Assembly (NCBI GenBank): GCA_010405405.1
Contig: MU004236.1
Coordinates: 2,176,070-2,240,069, forward strand
Origin: Microthyrium microscopicum
Lineage: Eukaryota
Direction: 5' to 3'
DNA length: 64,000 bases
Shown: positions 1-13,044 of the stretch, one piece after another
Layout of the letters: every line of letters begins with the position of its first letter
Numbering within the stretch: the stretch's first letter is position 1
Notes under the pieces: generated by a model
The model's input: only the letters and a program-made list of their open reading frames with translations
Database searches by the model: none
What the model was told of the DNA's origin: nothing
Program-made: the position numbers and the translations under genes

Positions 1-789
1 TCTGCTACGCGCAAAATTGGCATCTTTCACTGGTGAAAGACCGCTGTTATGCAGCTTAATGTTGCTGTTTCTTGAGATTTACAAGTAATAGCAGTCTCCT
101 TGTATGGGGTACTTTGTCACATTTTAGAAAGCAGAAAATCTACAAATGATGAAATCGCTTGACTTTTGCAATTGTCTGAATTGTTTGTATAGTTTTGTGA
201 TGCGCCATGATACTCGAGACTGAATGCATCAGCCGCAGCAGAACAGGATGGGCTGGTGGCAAAAGAAGGGGGCCCGGAATCAAAAACTCTTCAGGAGAGG
301 AGTCCATAGGGTATAGCTTTGCCTCACTATTTCCTAATCAGGTAGAAAAGCCCAAACCCCATCATCAGAGCGTTCTTGGCTTGTGGTCGAGTGAGAGGCA
401 AAACGTTAATAATCCAAGATGAATGGTTGGTCAGACTACCTAGTGAGTCAGACCGTCCCGATACCTCCTGGGATATGCCATGTTGAGTATATGCTCAAAG
501 AGCAAGGAAAATGACTGCAAAATGCTCCGCGGGCTGCCAACTATGGTGCCCAAAGCGTGAGCTTACTTGGTCTAGACGATGAAGCTGAGATATGCAAGGC
601 TGGCCTTTCATGGATGGATCGGCGAGATATGGTCTTTGTTAGCAGAATGGATAGTGGTCCTTGAGCATGCACATGCAGTAGTCGGATCTTCAGGGGGCAC
701 GGGTATCCATGTACGACTCATGGAGGCCGCGCTGGTCTGTTTTGTGGAATGGTATGCTTTGATGGTGTGAAGGTTGACGGGTAGCGGCC

Positions 790-2535
790 TCAAGTTTTTG
801 TTCCAGGGAAGGGCTGGTTCTTGCTTAGGACGACGATCCCACGCTCTCGGTGGATATAACCTTTCATGAGATCCTACGGAACCTGTTAGCTGGATCATGT
901 TGTGATTGGGTTGGCGCGGCTCATGTGACTCCTCTGCCTAGCCAGGCACCGGCCGCTGGCGATGAGGTCTTGATATGAAACCAAGCATAGAAGACCACGT
1001 CGAATATAGAGAGCATTCGACTTACCTTGTACATCATATTGGCCAATAAGCACTCTACCTCGTCTCGGTCGATGGTCTCCCCAGAGTTGGAGGCTTTGGA
1101 GCTCAGGCGAACAGCAGCCACGAATTCGGTAATAGGAATTCGTGTTCTTCTCTTGCGATCGGCTTCCGTTTGGCCCTCCAGGAGTGGCTCGTACCCGCCA
1201 GTGACAAAGACTTTTCGTAATAGGTTGCGCAGTGCAATGTCCCTTGCGCGTTCCAGGGTCAAGTAAATGCGACGTTTGACAAAGTATGGCTCGCCGGCCT
1301 GCAAGGCTGCATCAAACTCGGCCAGTGAAGCGTGTTTGATAGCCGCAGCCAATGGCAGAAATAGTGAAGCTAATTGTGGGAACGGTGCCAAAAGTTGTGG
1401 GGTTGGAAGTTGATGTGAGGTGAGAATATGACATGGAATAAGATATGTCAAGATTAGTCTGCAACTTGTCAGTTATGTCTGCCTGCTCTGTTCTTGTGCG
1501 AAATACTCCTGGTTTTTGGTTGCTTGGGGATGACATTTTTCAAATGCTTCTTTTAGAAATTCTTCAGCCTGGAGAATCATGAGTACAACGTTTTAGTAAT
1601 GTCGATCTGCGCCATACTTTACTATAATCCTCCTCAATAAAACTCATTACGCCAGAATAGTAGTTGAATGTAACCTGATGTGATAATGGATATTGATTAA
1701 GGGGCGGCAGCTCAGTTACACTCACTGAGCGAATTAGACTTTTGCAAAGATTGAGAGAATTGAGCTATCACGAGTTAGCAAGTCACATCTCAACCAGGCA
1801 GTGATCTGACAATACCTGAAAGTAGATTTTGAAGCACAAGTTGGCCATGTTGTATATTCCCCATTTTCGAGATTGTTCTATTGGAGCACTGCTCTGTGGT
1901 TAGTATACTATATTGTAATAAATCGTGTCCACTTGCCGATCATTTGCACAAGAACCAAAGACAGAGTTCATGACCCTTGCAGCATCTTCTAACTTTTCCA
2001 TCTTGCGCACTGACTTGACAATGTCTTCGTCGTCAAAGCCTCCAGAGTATGCGACGTTCCCGGACCGTTCCCTGGAGGCATCATCGGCCTTGATGGCAAG
2101 AAGTCGAAGATATTTGCCAGCAGTGTATAGACAGGGAATTGCCCAGTATGGAAACAACGAACGATTAAAGTATCGTTGCAGGAGGGTAGTCACACCACGC
2201 CAACTTTCGTACGCTTTATTCCAGTTGGCAAAGTCTGCTTGGCCTTGACCGATCATCTCTTCGCATAGAAGAATCTCTCCAATGGCACTCCAATAGCTAG
2301 CAAAGACCTCGACCCAAGCACTCGCTTCCTCCTTTGACAGGCTCAGACCACCAGAGTGGTAGATTAGTGCTGAGCGTAGTTCGTTTGAAACATGCATTGC
2401 ATTGGAACTGCGATAGAACGCTACCAGTCGATTTGGGTCGGTTTCTGGAGCCACTGGCGTGAAGATTGCAGCCAAGCCATAGCCGTCCTCCTGTCCATAT
2501 AGATATTTAAACTCGTCAACCAGCAGGAAACTCAT
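790..2535 (-). CDS. CSN12: PCI-domain protein, COP9 signalosome subunit 12 (CSN12/PCID2-like); multi-exon
   Basis: ORFs 1900..2559 and 921..1451 plus manually joined exons give ...[15 protein letters not shown]..., ...[12 protein letters not shown]..., ...[43 protein letters not shown] at 2535, last exon 873..790, about 5 introns with CTAAC/CTGAC branch sites. Confidence 0.9.
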
Positions 2536-2861
2536 CTTGCTGATGTGGTTAAGCAGCACAGAGATTGATATTAATCGATTTAGTTGGTGTATGAGGATGG
2601 CCCTGAGTTCGCGATCATGTTGTTGGTGAGAGGGCTAACAGAGCCAATGAGAGATAGAGTTGGAGGGTAAAAGTTGTCCAAATGGAGCTAACCTAATCGC
2701 GGCTAGTGCGCACACTGCCATTTTCAATTCACAATCTCAACACCCTCCTAACTCCAATACAACCTTCACGACAACTATCCACCACGATAAAGTCAAGGTA
2801 CGCCTGATCACTATACCAATTCCCTTCTTGAAGTCTTCTCGCTAACTAACTCCTTTTATAG

Positions 2862-3652
2862 ATGGGTAAGACCTCCCTCCTCCCCCCGATCCTCCTCATT
2901 ACGTTCACGTTCCCCACCCGCCGCCAATCGAAGACCACACAAATCCGCTTAGAACCCGTTGGAATCGCCAGGAAGGCTAACAAAATCCAGGTCGTCTCAA
3001 TGAATACCAGGTCATTGGCCGTCATCTGCCATCAGAGACCAACACAACCCCAAAACTCTACCGCATGCGCATCTTCGCACCAAACGATGTCGTAGCCAAG
3101 TCCCGCTTCTGGTACTTCCTAGGAAAATTGCGCAAGGTCAAGAAGGCAAACGGCGAGATCGTTTCGCTCAATCAGGTACATACACCCCTCAGGCCGAAGG
3201 AATTATCGAGTTTGGAGATGTGAAGGAGAATAGAACAGAGGGCTAACTGGGCTTGTAACAGATCCATGAGAAGCGCCCACAGCGTGTGAAGAACTTCGGT
3301 ATCTGGGTGCGCTACGACTCTCGCTCGGGTACCCACAACATGTACAAGGAGTACCGCGAGATGTCGAGAACAGAGGCTGTCGATGCTCTCTACCAAGACA
3401 TGGCCGCCCGCCATCGTGCTCGTTTCCGGTCCGTTCAGGTATGTTGCATCCAGCCCTCCAAGGTATATTTCTGGTCGCTAATCCCTTTTCCAGGTCCTGA
3501 AGGTTGTCGAAATCGAGAAGACCGATGATGTCAAGCGCCCATACATGAAGCAACTCCTCACCAAGGACCTCCAATTCCCACTCCCACATCGCACTCCCAA
3601 GGCCGTCGGCAAGAAGATCTTCTCTGCCAAGCGACCAGCTACTTTCTACTAG
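2862..3652 (+). CDS. RPL20: 60S ribosomal protein L20 (eL20/L18a); 4 coding exons
   Basis: Spliced translation [45 protein letters not shown]...[24 protein letters not shown]...[12 protein letters not shown]. First coding exon is ATGG at 2862-2865. Confidence 0.97.
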
Positions 3653-3856
3653 TGTGCCTCTTGCATGGGTTGTGTTGTTGCGGGTCAAAATAGGATACTA
3701 CCGGGTTTTGTAGTCTAGCTTTATCACGGCGAATGGGAGAGCTAGTCATGACTGAATTCAATTTTCAAGCATTCGGCAAATGAGCCAGCGTAGAAAACAC
3801 AAAACCATTGTTCCCAAACTGCCGTAATTGAATTTTTGTCTAATCACAGATTTAAC

Positions 3857-4879
3857 CTATAGCTTTGGTCCATTGACTTTACCCTTCGCTGGATAGACAA
3901 TATTCGTAGGCGTCCACCATGGATACGTCTGCGGCGCATGTTCATACATGGTTCCCACAAACTTTGGTGGTCTCTTCTCCATGAAACTCTTGACACCCTC
4001 ACCATTATCCGCTGTTCCAAACAGCTCATAGATAATCCTCGAATCCAACAAATGCGTCTCCTCTGCACTACCCTTGCCTCGCCACATCAAATCCCGCATC
4101 AGCGCCCAGCTCACACTGCTCACGTTCACCGCAATATCCTCAGCCAACTCAATGGCTCGTGGCAGCACTTCGGCTGGTGTGTCGACAACTTCGCTGAACA
4201 GACCATCCATCAGCCGGTGTGCTGGTGAATAGGTCAAACCCGTAGTGACAAGATGCATCGCGCGCGAACGACCAATCAAGCGTGGCAGAAAGAAACTGCT
4301 CGCCGCTTCCATAATGAGGCCACGACGGCCAAAAACAAAGCCGATTTTGGCGGTTTTAGGCGCGATGCGAATGGCCATAGGCAGGGTCATGGTGATACCA
4401 ATGCCAACAGCCGAACCATTGATGGCGGCGATGACGGGTTTGCGGCATGCGTGGATTGATGTTGTTACGCGTCCACCACTATCATATCTCATTAGCCCAC
4501 ATCCACACACAGAGAGAGTTCTATTTCTCATTGAAAGGCGGTGGAGGTTGACTTACCCATCACGATGTTCCCCAATCCTCTCGACACTTCTTCTAAATCC
4601 AACCTGCAAATCCGCACCGGGACAAAACATCTTCCCTTGCCCAGTTACCACAATGACCTTGACACGGTCATCAACGTCAAACATGCGGAAGCACTGCACC
4701 ATCTCCTCGCCCATTTGCTCTGTGAAGGCATTGTTGGCTTTTGGGCGGTTGAGGGTGAGGATGATGATGGGGGTAACTTCTTTGGAGGTCGCGGGGTGGT
4801 GCGAGAGGGAGATGGAGGTGTAGTCGAGGGAGGCGTAAGATTGAGGGAGTTGAACTGGGGGAAGTGGTGGGGCTGGCAT
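3857..4879 (-). CDS. Enoyl-CoA hydratase/isomerase (crotonase family), probably peroxisomal
   Basis: ORFs 4553..4879 (ILTLNRPKANNAF...FCPGADL) and 3857..4531 (KPVIAAINGSAVGIGITMTL...EGVKSFMEKRPPKF) joined by intron 4479..4556. C-terminus -PKL is PTS1-like. Confidence 0.9.
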
Positions 4880-5418
4880 GGTGATAGTATGCTACGGGGT
4901 AGCAAGTACTTGGGTGGTGGATAAGGGATAGATGTTAGAGTAATTTGTGGAGTCTAGAAATAAATCAAGGCCCACAGAAAAGAGGCAATTGGGGAGTTGG
5001 GAAGTGCTTTAAAGAGGTGGGCAGTTATAGATTCTAGACGCTAAGCATGGTGTTGAGTTTTTGGAATTGCATATCCGAGGCAATTCGGTATTTTTGAAGT
5101 AGCGTTTCTTAGCCGGCTCCTCGTTGACCAGAAGTTACACCTTCAGTCAAAACATTCTTGAACAATTGCACCGGAGTGAAATCTGTGTATTTGTATCCAA
5201 GAAAACTTCTTGTGCACATAGGCACGAGCTACTATTTCAACTAAAAAACAAATGACATGGTCTGTGGTATCAAAGAATGACAAACGCTAAAATCAGAATT
5301 ATATGCAAAAGAAACCTGGCCAATATATTACCCTTCTACCTGTGTAGTATCATCCTGGATATCATGGTCGTAGATGGGATTAGAATGGAAATTATTGTAG
5401 CCGCCATCATCTCTGTCG

Positions 5419-8359
5419 TCAAGTAACAGCCACCTCTTTGGTAGGTTCAACTGTGCTGCTGTTGATTATGCTCCAGCCTTCAAGATCAGTCACAGGATCA
5501 CGATCATCCTCTTTACTCTCGCTAAGGGTAAGCGGTATTTCCTTCTCTTTCGTGTCGTTCTCTTCGACAGTCTCCAAAGTATCCATGGTGGGTTGATCTT
5601 CTAGGCTTCCAATCTCATTACCATTAGTGAATTCCTTGGGGCGGACTTGAAGCTCTTTCGCACGATTAAGAGATATAGTCTTCTCCTTGTATGTTGTTTG
5701 CAGCGGCTTTAGTTCGTCTCGCTCAATTGTTGCCTTCATGAGCGCAGCCATCCAGGCGCGTCCTTCTTGGAGTGAATTGACTGCGAAGAAATGTACCTTT
5801 GGTTGTGTAAAATTAACGGCCTTGGACATTCCAGGACGAGGAGGCACCAGCTTGAAGATGAATACTCCTGATGCTTCCGCGCCGTCCTTTGGAGCATTGG
5901 CGGCGTCCACTTGAGCGGCCGTTTGGAGCGACGTTCCTAGAGGACTAACCGGACCAGAGCCAGATCTTAAAGTCGCACTCAAACTCGTCATGATGTCTTT
6001 GTTTGCTGGCAGTACACGATGAAACGAGATATCGATCAGACCTTTCTCTTCCGTGTCGTCTTCCGAGTAATAGTAAGATAGTCTACGACCTCTTAGAACG
6101 AAAAGTCTGGGATGCCATTTTCCAAGTTTCTTGGATTTCTTCTTCATCCACCCCGAATAATCAGAGCCAGCGATTTGCACTTCTGGGGTTTTCTTTTCCA
6201 GTCCTGATTTGTAGGCGCTTGTTTCATGCTTTTGCTTTCGGCGAAGGTTTTGCGCATTGGTTGGGAAGCTGACATATTTCGCTGCTGGGAGACCTGATGG
6301 ACTTTCCTTTTTCTCATCAAAAGATACGGATTTGCTGGTAGAAGTTATGGACTGATTGCTCGAGTCTGTGCGGGTAGGAGATTGAACAATCAGATCTTTC
6401 GACCCCGTTATGCCAAGCGCATTTTTTGATGCCAGTGATCTTTCATTACCAGTTATAGCATCGGAGATCGCTCTTAGTCCAGTCACTCTCGACTTTGTTG
6501 ACTTTTGCTTTGCTGGGGCAGGACTGCTTTCAGTAATGGAGGAGTTGTGGGCTGTTGAGGAAGCCGCGACAGAGAGAATGCTGGGAGTGTCATGCTCGGA
6601 TTTGGTTGGAGAATCCTTGGAGCTTGATGTAAATGCTCTTGATACACCCTTGAGAAATCCAGATTCGTTATGCGTGGTATCGGCCACAGAATCTGAACTA
6701 CCAGTGCGAATATGCTTGAACACTCCACTGAGCCGCAGAGAACCATGACCATCACTTGGAGCACGAGTATGGCTTCCACTGTCGCGTTTTCGTAAAAAGT
6801 TTCGAACTCGTCGTGAATCAGTTTCGTTACTAGAGAAATATCCACGATCCAGATCTACAGCATTTGCCATGTTTGAACGGTAGTCGGGCGATTGAGGGGA
6901 AAGATGTGAGGTATCCAAGCTTGGTGAGAGGCGATGACCAGATGCTGAGCTAGGTTGCGAGTCAGGTACAACAAGGGTACGACTATCGGAAGTCATTGTC
7001 CATGTTTTATCGAATGAACGTTGCTTAGTATGGCTTGGTGATGAAGGAACTGGCATGTGTGTCTGCTCAGGTGTATTTGGAGCACTATAGTCAATGGACG
7101 AATGCCTTCTGTTATGCGGAACACTTCTTGCTGAGTTGGAGGAAAGTGTAGCTGCATGTCCAGCGCGAGTGGGTTCAACAGATAATGTGGAAGTGATTTC
7201 GTGTCGGCCGGTCGACTGTGACCTCTGTCGGTTATTGCTGTTGAATTGCAAGTATTGTGTCTGCGAGCTTTCATTCAGGCCAGGGATCTTTGGTAGTACG
7301 GTTCCAGTGGAGACAGCCCTGTCTCTGGTTGCTTCTGAATAGGATGTCATGGAAGCTGATCTGTGAGACTGAGATGGCTTCCTGGACACGGGCTTTTCGT
7401 TCTTTATCTCAGCTTGAAACCTTTGGATCTTCTGGAATAGCGCTAATCGTCTTCCAAGTGTCCCTAGATCAAACTCTTTCAACAAAACTGTCTCTCGGTC
7501 CATATCGAGAAGCACGTCTCCTGTGATTTCCTGGTCTTGAAATACTTCGCAGTGGGAACGCTCTGCACCAAGTGACTCTAGGTGTTCAGCCACTTGAATC
7601 GGTGACCAGCCTCTGACTTCACTTTCAGTCAGGTGACCCACATCTTCTTCATCAGTCTCATCGCCGTTAATGTATGATAGCCGATTAGCCGGAGTTTCCA
7701 TATAGTCATCGTCAGGCGAATGATACGTGGTCCCATTCAGAAAGCTTTGCCTCGGGGTATGCATGTCTGTAATGTGCTCTTCTATAACACTGAGTGTCTC
7801 GTTCATGACTGCATTATTTGTCTGATGAGATAGGTTGCCCATACTCGCGCTGCGCGTACCGTTGCTTTGGTTGCGTTTGGCGAAAGCATTTCCAGAAGGC
7901 ATGCCCATAGAAACGGGCTTGACTGCTGCACTGCGCTCGCCATCCATGGAAAACCCGGAATCGTGCTTATCGGAATGGTACGGAGAGTTAAGGCCTGACA
8001 TGGGAGATTTCATCGCGACTTTGGCAACTGGTGTTGTGTAGACTATTTTGCAGGGTTAGCTTACCACCGGCAGATTGTTTCAGCGGATGCACAGGGAATA
8101 ATCGAACCTTCAGGAAACAGACCAGACTCGCCTGTCTTGGTCTGTTTACCCAAGTACCAGCCATCGCCAAACTCATCATCGCGCTCGATCAATTCGATTC
8201 TCTCTCCACGACGGAGGGTGAGTTCGTCCTCGGATCTTGCTATGAACTCATCTGGACCTGGTTAGCAGTCGTTTTTCCCCCGACAGGTAGGCTGTAATTG
8301 AGGGAGGGGAAAGTCGTACGAATAACGATGAGAATGTCGCCATTTTTCGACGAAGCCAT
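5419..8359 (-). CDS. BOI2: Polarized growth protein Boi1/Boi2/Pob1 family (SH3 + SAM + PH)
   Basis: Two short 5' exons give an SH3 domain (MASSKNGDILIVIHEFIARSEDELTLRRGERIELIERDDEFGDGWYLG...GLFPE). The 864-aa ORF has a SAM domain (WSPIQVAEHL...FQDQEITGDVLL) and a PH domain (DYSGWMKKK...WHPRLFVLRGRRLSYYYSEDD). Confidence 0.92.
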
Positions 8360-8680
8360 GATGAAGAATAGCTCGCGATTGATGATGGTGGCACGATGGC
8401 GGGAGAGCCGGCTTCTAGCTATCGCATCGAGGACTCAGTGGTTTGTATGTTCTGGTTGCAAAAGAAAAGGCGGGGAAAGCGGCTAGTGAGCGGAGGGTGT
8501 GAGGTTGATTTACGGTCCCAATGATGTGGTGGGTTAGGAAGAGGCGGAGATGGAGAAGGTTTCTGGGACGAAGACCAGACGAGTAAAAGTTGAGACTGGG
8601 AATGGCGAGAGGAACCGTCGATGGTCGGATGGGATGAATGACACCAGTGCTGGACAGCCAAACAGACTGGGAACTTGGTG

Positions 8681-8708
8681 GTAGGCAGTAGGCAGTAGGC
8701 AGTAGGCA
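8681..8708. repeat. 7-bp tandem repeat (GTAGGCA)x4 upstream of the Boi gene
   Basis: Direct reading: gtaggca gtaggca gtaggca gtaggca. Confidence 0.85.
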
Positions 8709-11116
8709 CGGATCCTTTAGGCTCGCAGGCTCAGGCTGGCACTGCTGGCATGCATCAAATGTCAACTGGCAGAAGGGAAGAGAAGACCAAAAACGACCAA
8801 AGGTTTCTTTCGACAAGGACCAGGTCGCATCGACATGGAAGTACTCTTGAGTAGTCTCAGTGGCACTCACGTACTTAGAGTCTTAGACGCTGGTGTGCAA
8901 GTTTTCGCCTAGCAAGTAGCAAAGCGCTGACAGGTCCTTGGCAGGCGTCACGTTGGATTATTGGAGCTTTTGCAAATGAAATCAATGGAATTTCGGGAAC
9001 AGCCTGGCGCACGCTTCCACACTGGCAGACGCACCGGTGGAGCTGAAACGGATTGTTGCAAGTTGGGCAACTGTGCGTCCCGTCTTCTAGAAAGCGCCAC
9101 CGCTCTTTTATAAATACTACTGTTGTATTCTTTCTCCATCAAATTCAATAATAAGACTACGAGTATTTTATGCTCACCATAACCTATCAGGGCAGGTCTT
9201 TTCGTCTCAGATTTTCACAGCACTACCCTCCCGGCTCCGTGAATGTGCAGTCCCGCTCAAACGCTCGCATTATTTAGGCTATTGATGCAGCTGCGAACCA
9301 TTACTCGCCAGCACCTTGCATGGAAATCTTTTGTGAATGGTCCATTTTGCTAGTCCGGGGAGAATCGCTCCCAGGTTCTGCAGAAAAAACCACATGGGCT
9401 ATCAAAAGAGGCAACACCTAGCATTGTAACCCGCATTTAGCCAAAGAGGGTTACTGTCTAAAAAGCTCATGAAACAAGTGGAGCAAACATCACCACCACT
9501 GCAAGGGGCGAGCTCTCATCAACTGCGATATCTACATAGTACACTTTGCTACCGATGGTTAATAAGTTCATTGTATGCGCGATGGAGCAGAAGCCTTTGT
9601 AAATGCTCTGTGAACTAGAGTAAAGCATACTTTGAGACGAGGCTAACATCGTAGCTAATAGGAGCACCGCCAGCTTTTTATTGTTATTATCCGCGGACGA
9701 TACAAACACCAGCCTTCGTATATTGCTCCTTATAATACTCTTACTGCATGACAAAATCTCCTGAGCAATCTTGTAGCTGCGGTTGGAAAATTAAGGTTTC
9801 AGCGGCACGCCATTGCTTGAAGTTACCTTGCAAGATCTAGTGAGCCATGGCCAGGAAACCAATTGAATCATCATTTGTTCAGCCAAACACATTGTACCAC
9901 ATGTAAATTCGATTGGCGTACCAGTACATCATTTCTCATTGGAGAAGCCAATACACAAAACCTCGGGGAAGTCAGGAAGAGCTTGAGTACAGTACCACCA
10001 TCCTTGCATAAGTACCAGGAAAGAATGGCTGGTCTTTGCGCTGGGAGTTGGCGCTGGTCAATGTTGTATTCAATTGCGTATCTTGCAAATGACAACACTA
10101 ACTCAACAAATTAATCAAGGAGTACATGTTGCTGTTTATCAGGGGGCTGGTTGCTAGTTCCAATCTAATACTTTATGTTACTGGGCAGCTCATGGACCAC
10201 TGCAAGGGGACTTTTATTCTCGTCAGAGCAATAGCTATTCCTTTCCATTGCGAGCATACGTAATGGGCAATAAACTGGCAAGATAACTTTGATACCTCCG
10301 GGGTGAACATCCACACTAGTTTCAAGATTCCATACATTTAACATAGACGTCCTTGACGTCCTTCAAGGGTTAAAACATTTTGATGAATTAGATCCCTTGA
10401 ACCTCAATTCCTCATACAGTGCTGCCGGGGATCTGCTTATCCCCCCCCTAAAATAACAGGTTAGCGGATCACGCCGTAATTGGGTGGATGTGCAGGACGG
10501 GATGGGCGTTACAGTGCAAATTTGTAGGGCACCTCCTAGTCGCAGCCCTATAGTGGCCCCTTAAAACCATCCTTCGTAAATACCACTTCTTAGGTCGCTT
10601 TTAAAGCCATGCTAACGACGCGGATAGCGGATAGTGATATTTAATTACTACTTATTTATTAACTTTATAATGTCTTAAAATGGCAGTATTCTTACTAGTT
10701 AATAGCGTTCAAAGCTCTTTAACAGTAATTGCATCTTAACGAAGCTAATTAGGCCGTAATCTCAAGTTAGGTTCCTAAAGATGTTAAAGGTGAAGCGGGT
10801 AGAAGGGCAGTATTCCTACTGGTAGATTTAAAGATCTAGAGTTAAAGATATTAAACGGCATAGGATTATTAGCGTTAAGGGCGGATTATTAATAATTACA
10901 TCTTGAGATTAGACAGAATAACGAGCTCATAGTATTATTAGAGAGCTATTTAAGAGTTAATAAAGCAGTAATAGCGACGACTATAAGATATCCTATTAAT
11001 TTAGTCCAAAATTATTAAAACACACCTATTTAACGTTATCTTACCTTTAACGATTCCTCAACATCTTCTACACAACTTCCTACTAGTCTTTTAGTACTAA
11101 AACACTTCTTAATACC

Positions 11117-12967
11117 ATGGTTCTTATTCGTTAGGTCCTTAGTCCTATCTAATCCCCAAACCGCTATATCTCAACACGCGCTACGGGTAAATACTACGCA
11201 TTAGTACCCAAAAAGGCTGCTAGACAGTCATTTGAGATCCTTGTGGATACAGACAGAATTCCTCTGCCAAAAATACCTACACTAGCCCCAAAGGCTCTAG
11301 CTATATCTTCTTATCTTAGGGATCTAATTCCTGCATCTTATACTAAGTCCACGCCATTACCTGTTCTTCGTAGTAGAGTTAACATAAACACCATTATTCC
11401 TGATCGTTTACTAATACTGCTAGCTTCTTAGGTTCAACTAGCTAAGTATCCTTCACGATAGGATACTAAGACTTAAGATATCTTAGAATACGCTGCTAAT
11501 AAATTATAACTTTAAGATATTAACATTACTTAGCCTCCTCTAGTTAAAGAGACCCAAAATATGCCTAATACTACTTAGGATATTATCTACGAGCATCAAT
11601 ATAGCCTAGACTACGTTAAAGAGACATATTTACCTAGAACCGCTACCCAAAACGCTATAATAAATAGCGCTTAACATCCTAAGATCTTTTCACTTAATTC
11701 TGGCGCCCTAGTTCCCTAAATCAATTCTACGCCCTTAGCTCCACTAGCACCTAAATTCCCTCTTAAAATAATTGTCGTTACCAAGATCTAGAAGCAAGGA
11801 ATAGCTGCGATTAAGAATAAATTCGATTATCTTTACTAGAGCCTAGTTAAAGGCTTCAAAAAGACTTAAGACTAGCTAGATCTACGCCTCAAAGAGCAAG
11901 GAACGATATACGGTTCTTCTATCTCAATATAGACATTTTTAAAGCAAAAGATAAAGAAGGGGACCAAAGATCTTCAATATAGCTTTAGCATTAATTTAGG
12001 CTTAGGCGACAAGGAGCTTAGTGGTGTTCTTACTCCAATTTAGCGCCAAATTACTTGCTGGTATAAGTCTGATTTCCGTAAGAACTCTCAACGCGTTGGT
12101 AATCTAGAATAGGAGATTATATTTAGTATTACTGAGCCTAAACGACCCCCTCTAGCGTTAGCGATGGTGACGGAGATGTTGGAATAGGCAGATCTACGGG
12201 CTGAAGAGCATTAACGTCGACTCAATTTAGCCTCAGAATTTATTGCATTATTAAACAAAACAATGTATTAAGATACTAGATGTCTAAATTACCTGGGGGG
12301 TGGTTATTGTTATCTTAACGCGCGTTAAAAACACCTATTCCTAGATGCTTTCTTTTTAAATAAGTAGGCCCAAAATATTGCTGCTGGTAGCGCTACCATT
12401 AAAGAACTACTATGGGTTATGATGCTTGAATTACTGGAATCTATAGCTGTTTAACGAGCTCGCCATCGTAAAGAGGCTTCTTTAATATCTAATCTATAAT
12501 AGCAACCTATTAACATTAACATCTACCGTGATTAAGAAAGCTCAAACTCGCCTAGAAGAGCCTCCAGCAGGGTGTTTAGTAGCTAAAGCCAGCGCTCGCG
12601 CTCAATATCTCTACTACGCCGTGGTAGCATTCCTATGGCTTTAGCACCTTTAGGACTACTATTAGTAACAAAATACCATCCTAAGAAGGAATTTAGTGAA
12701 TTCAAGATGTGGTTTTCTGATAATTTAGGGTTTAGGTAGTATTTAGTATTTAATCGTATTATAGAAGCCCTTAAAGTAAAGGGGTGTCATTTAGGGCAGG
12801 CTATAAGGCATAATTATGCCTAGTTTAAGCAACTTCTTAGTAAGGGGCCTTTATCTACAATTAACGACATAATTACAATTTGTAAAGAAATCGTTGCTAA
12901 TTTTTGTTAGTACTATGCTTATTGGATTAAGCTTCTTAACGATACCAATTTTGAAAGCTCTAGATAA
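11117..12967 (+). pseudogene. RIP-inactivated accessory ORF (~617 codons) inside the Tc1 element, with a Cx4Cx8Cx7H motif
   Basis: ATG at 11117. The same frame reads (de-RIPed) CQDTRCPNYPGGGYCYLNARQKH...W AQNIAAGSATIEEPP around 12266-12416. Most in-frame stops are TAA/TAG, revertible to CAA/CAG/TGG. Confidence 0.6.
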
Positions 12968-13044
12968 GATTTGTGGTGGTGGTAGTTTAATATCAAATTC
13001 TTATTATGGTGTAAAGAAGTTAGAAGTAGAAGTAATAATTAAAG

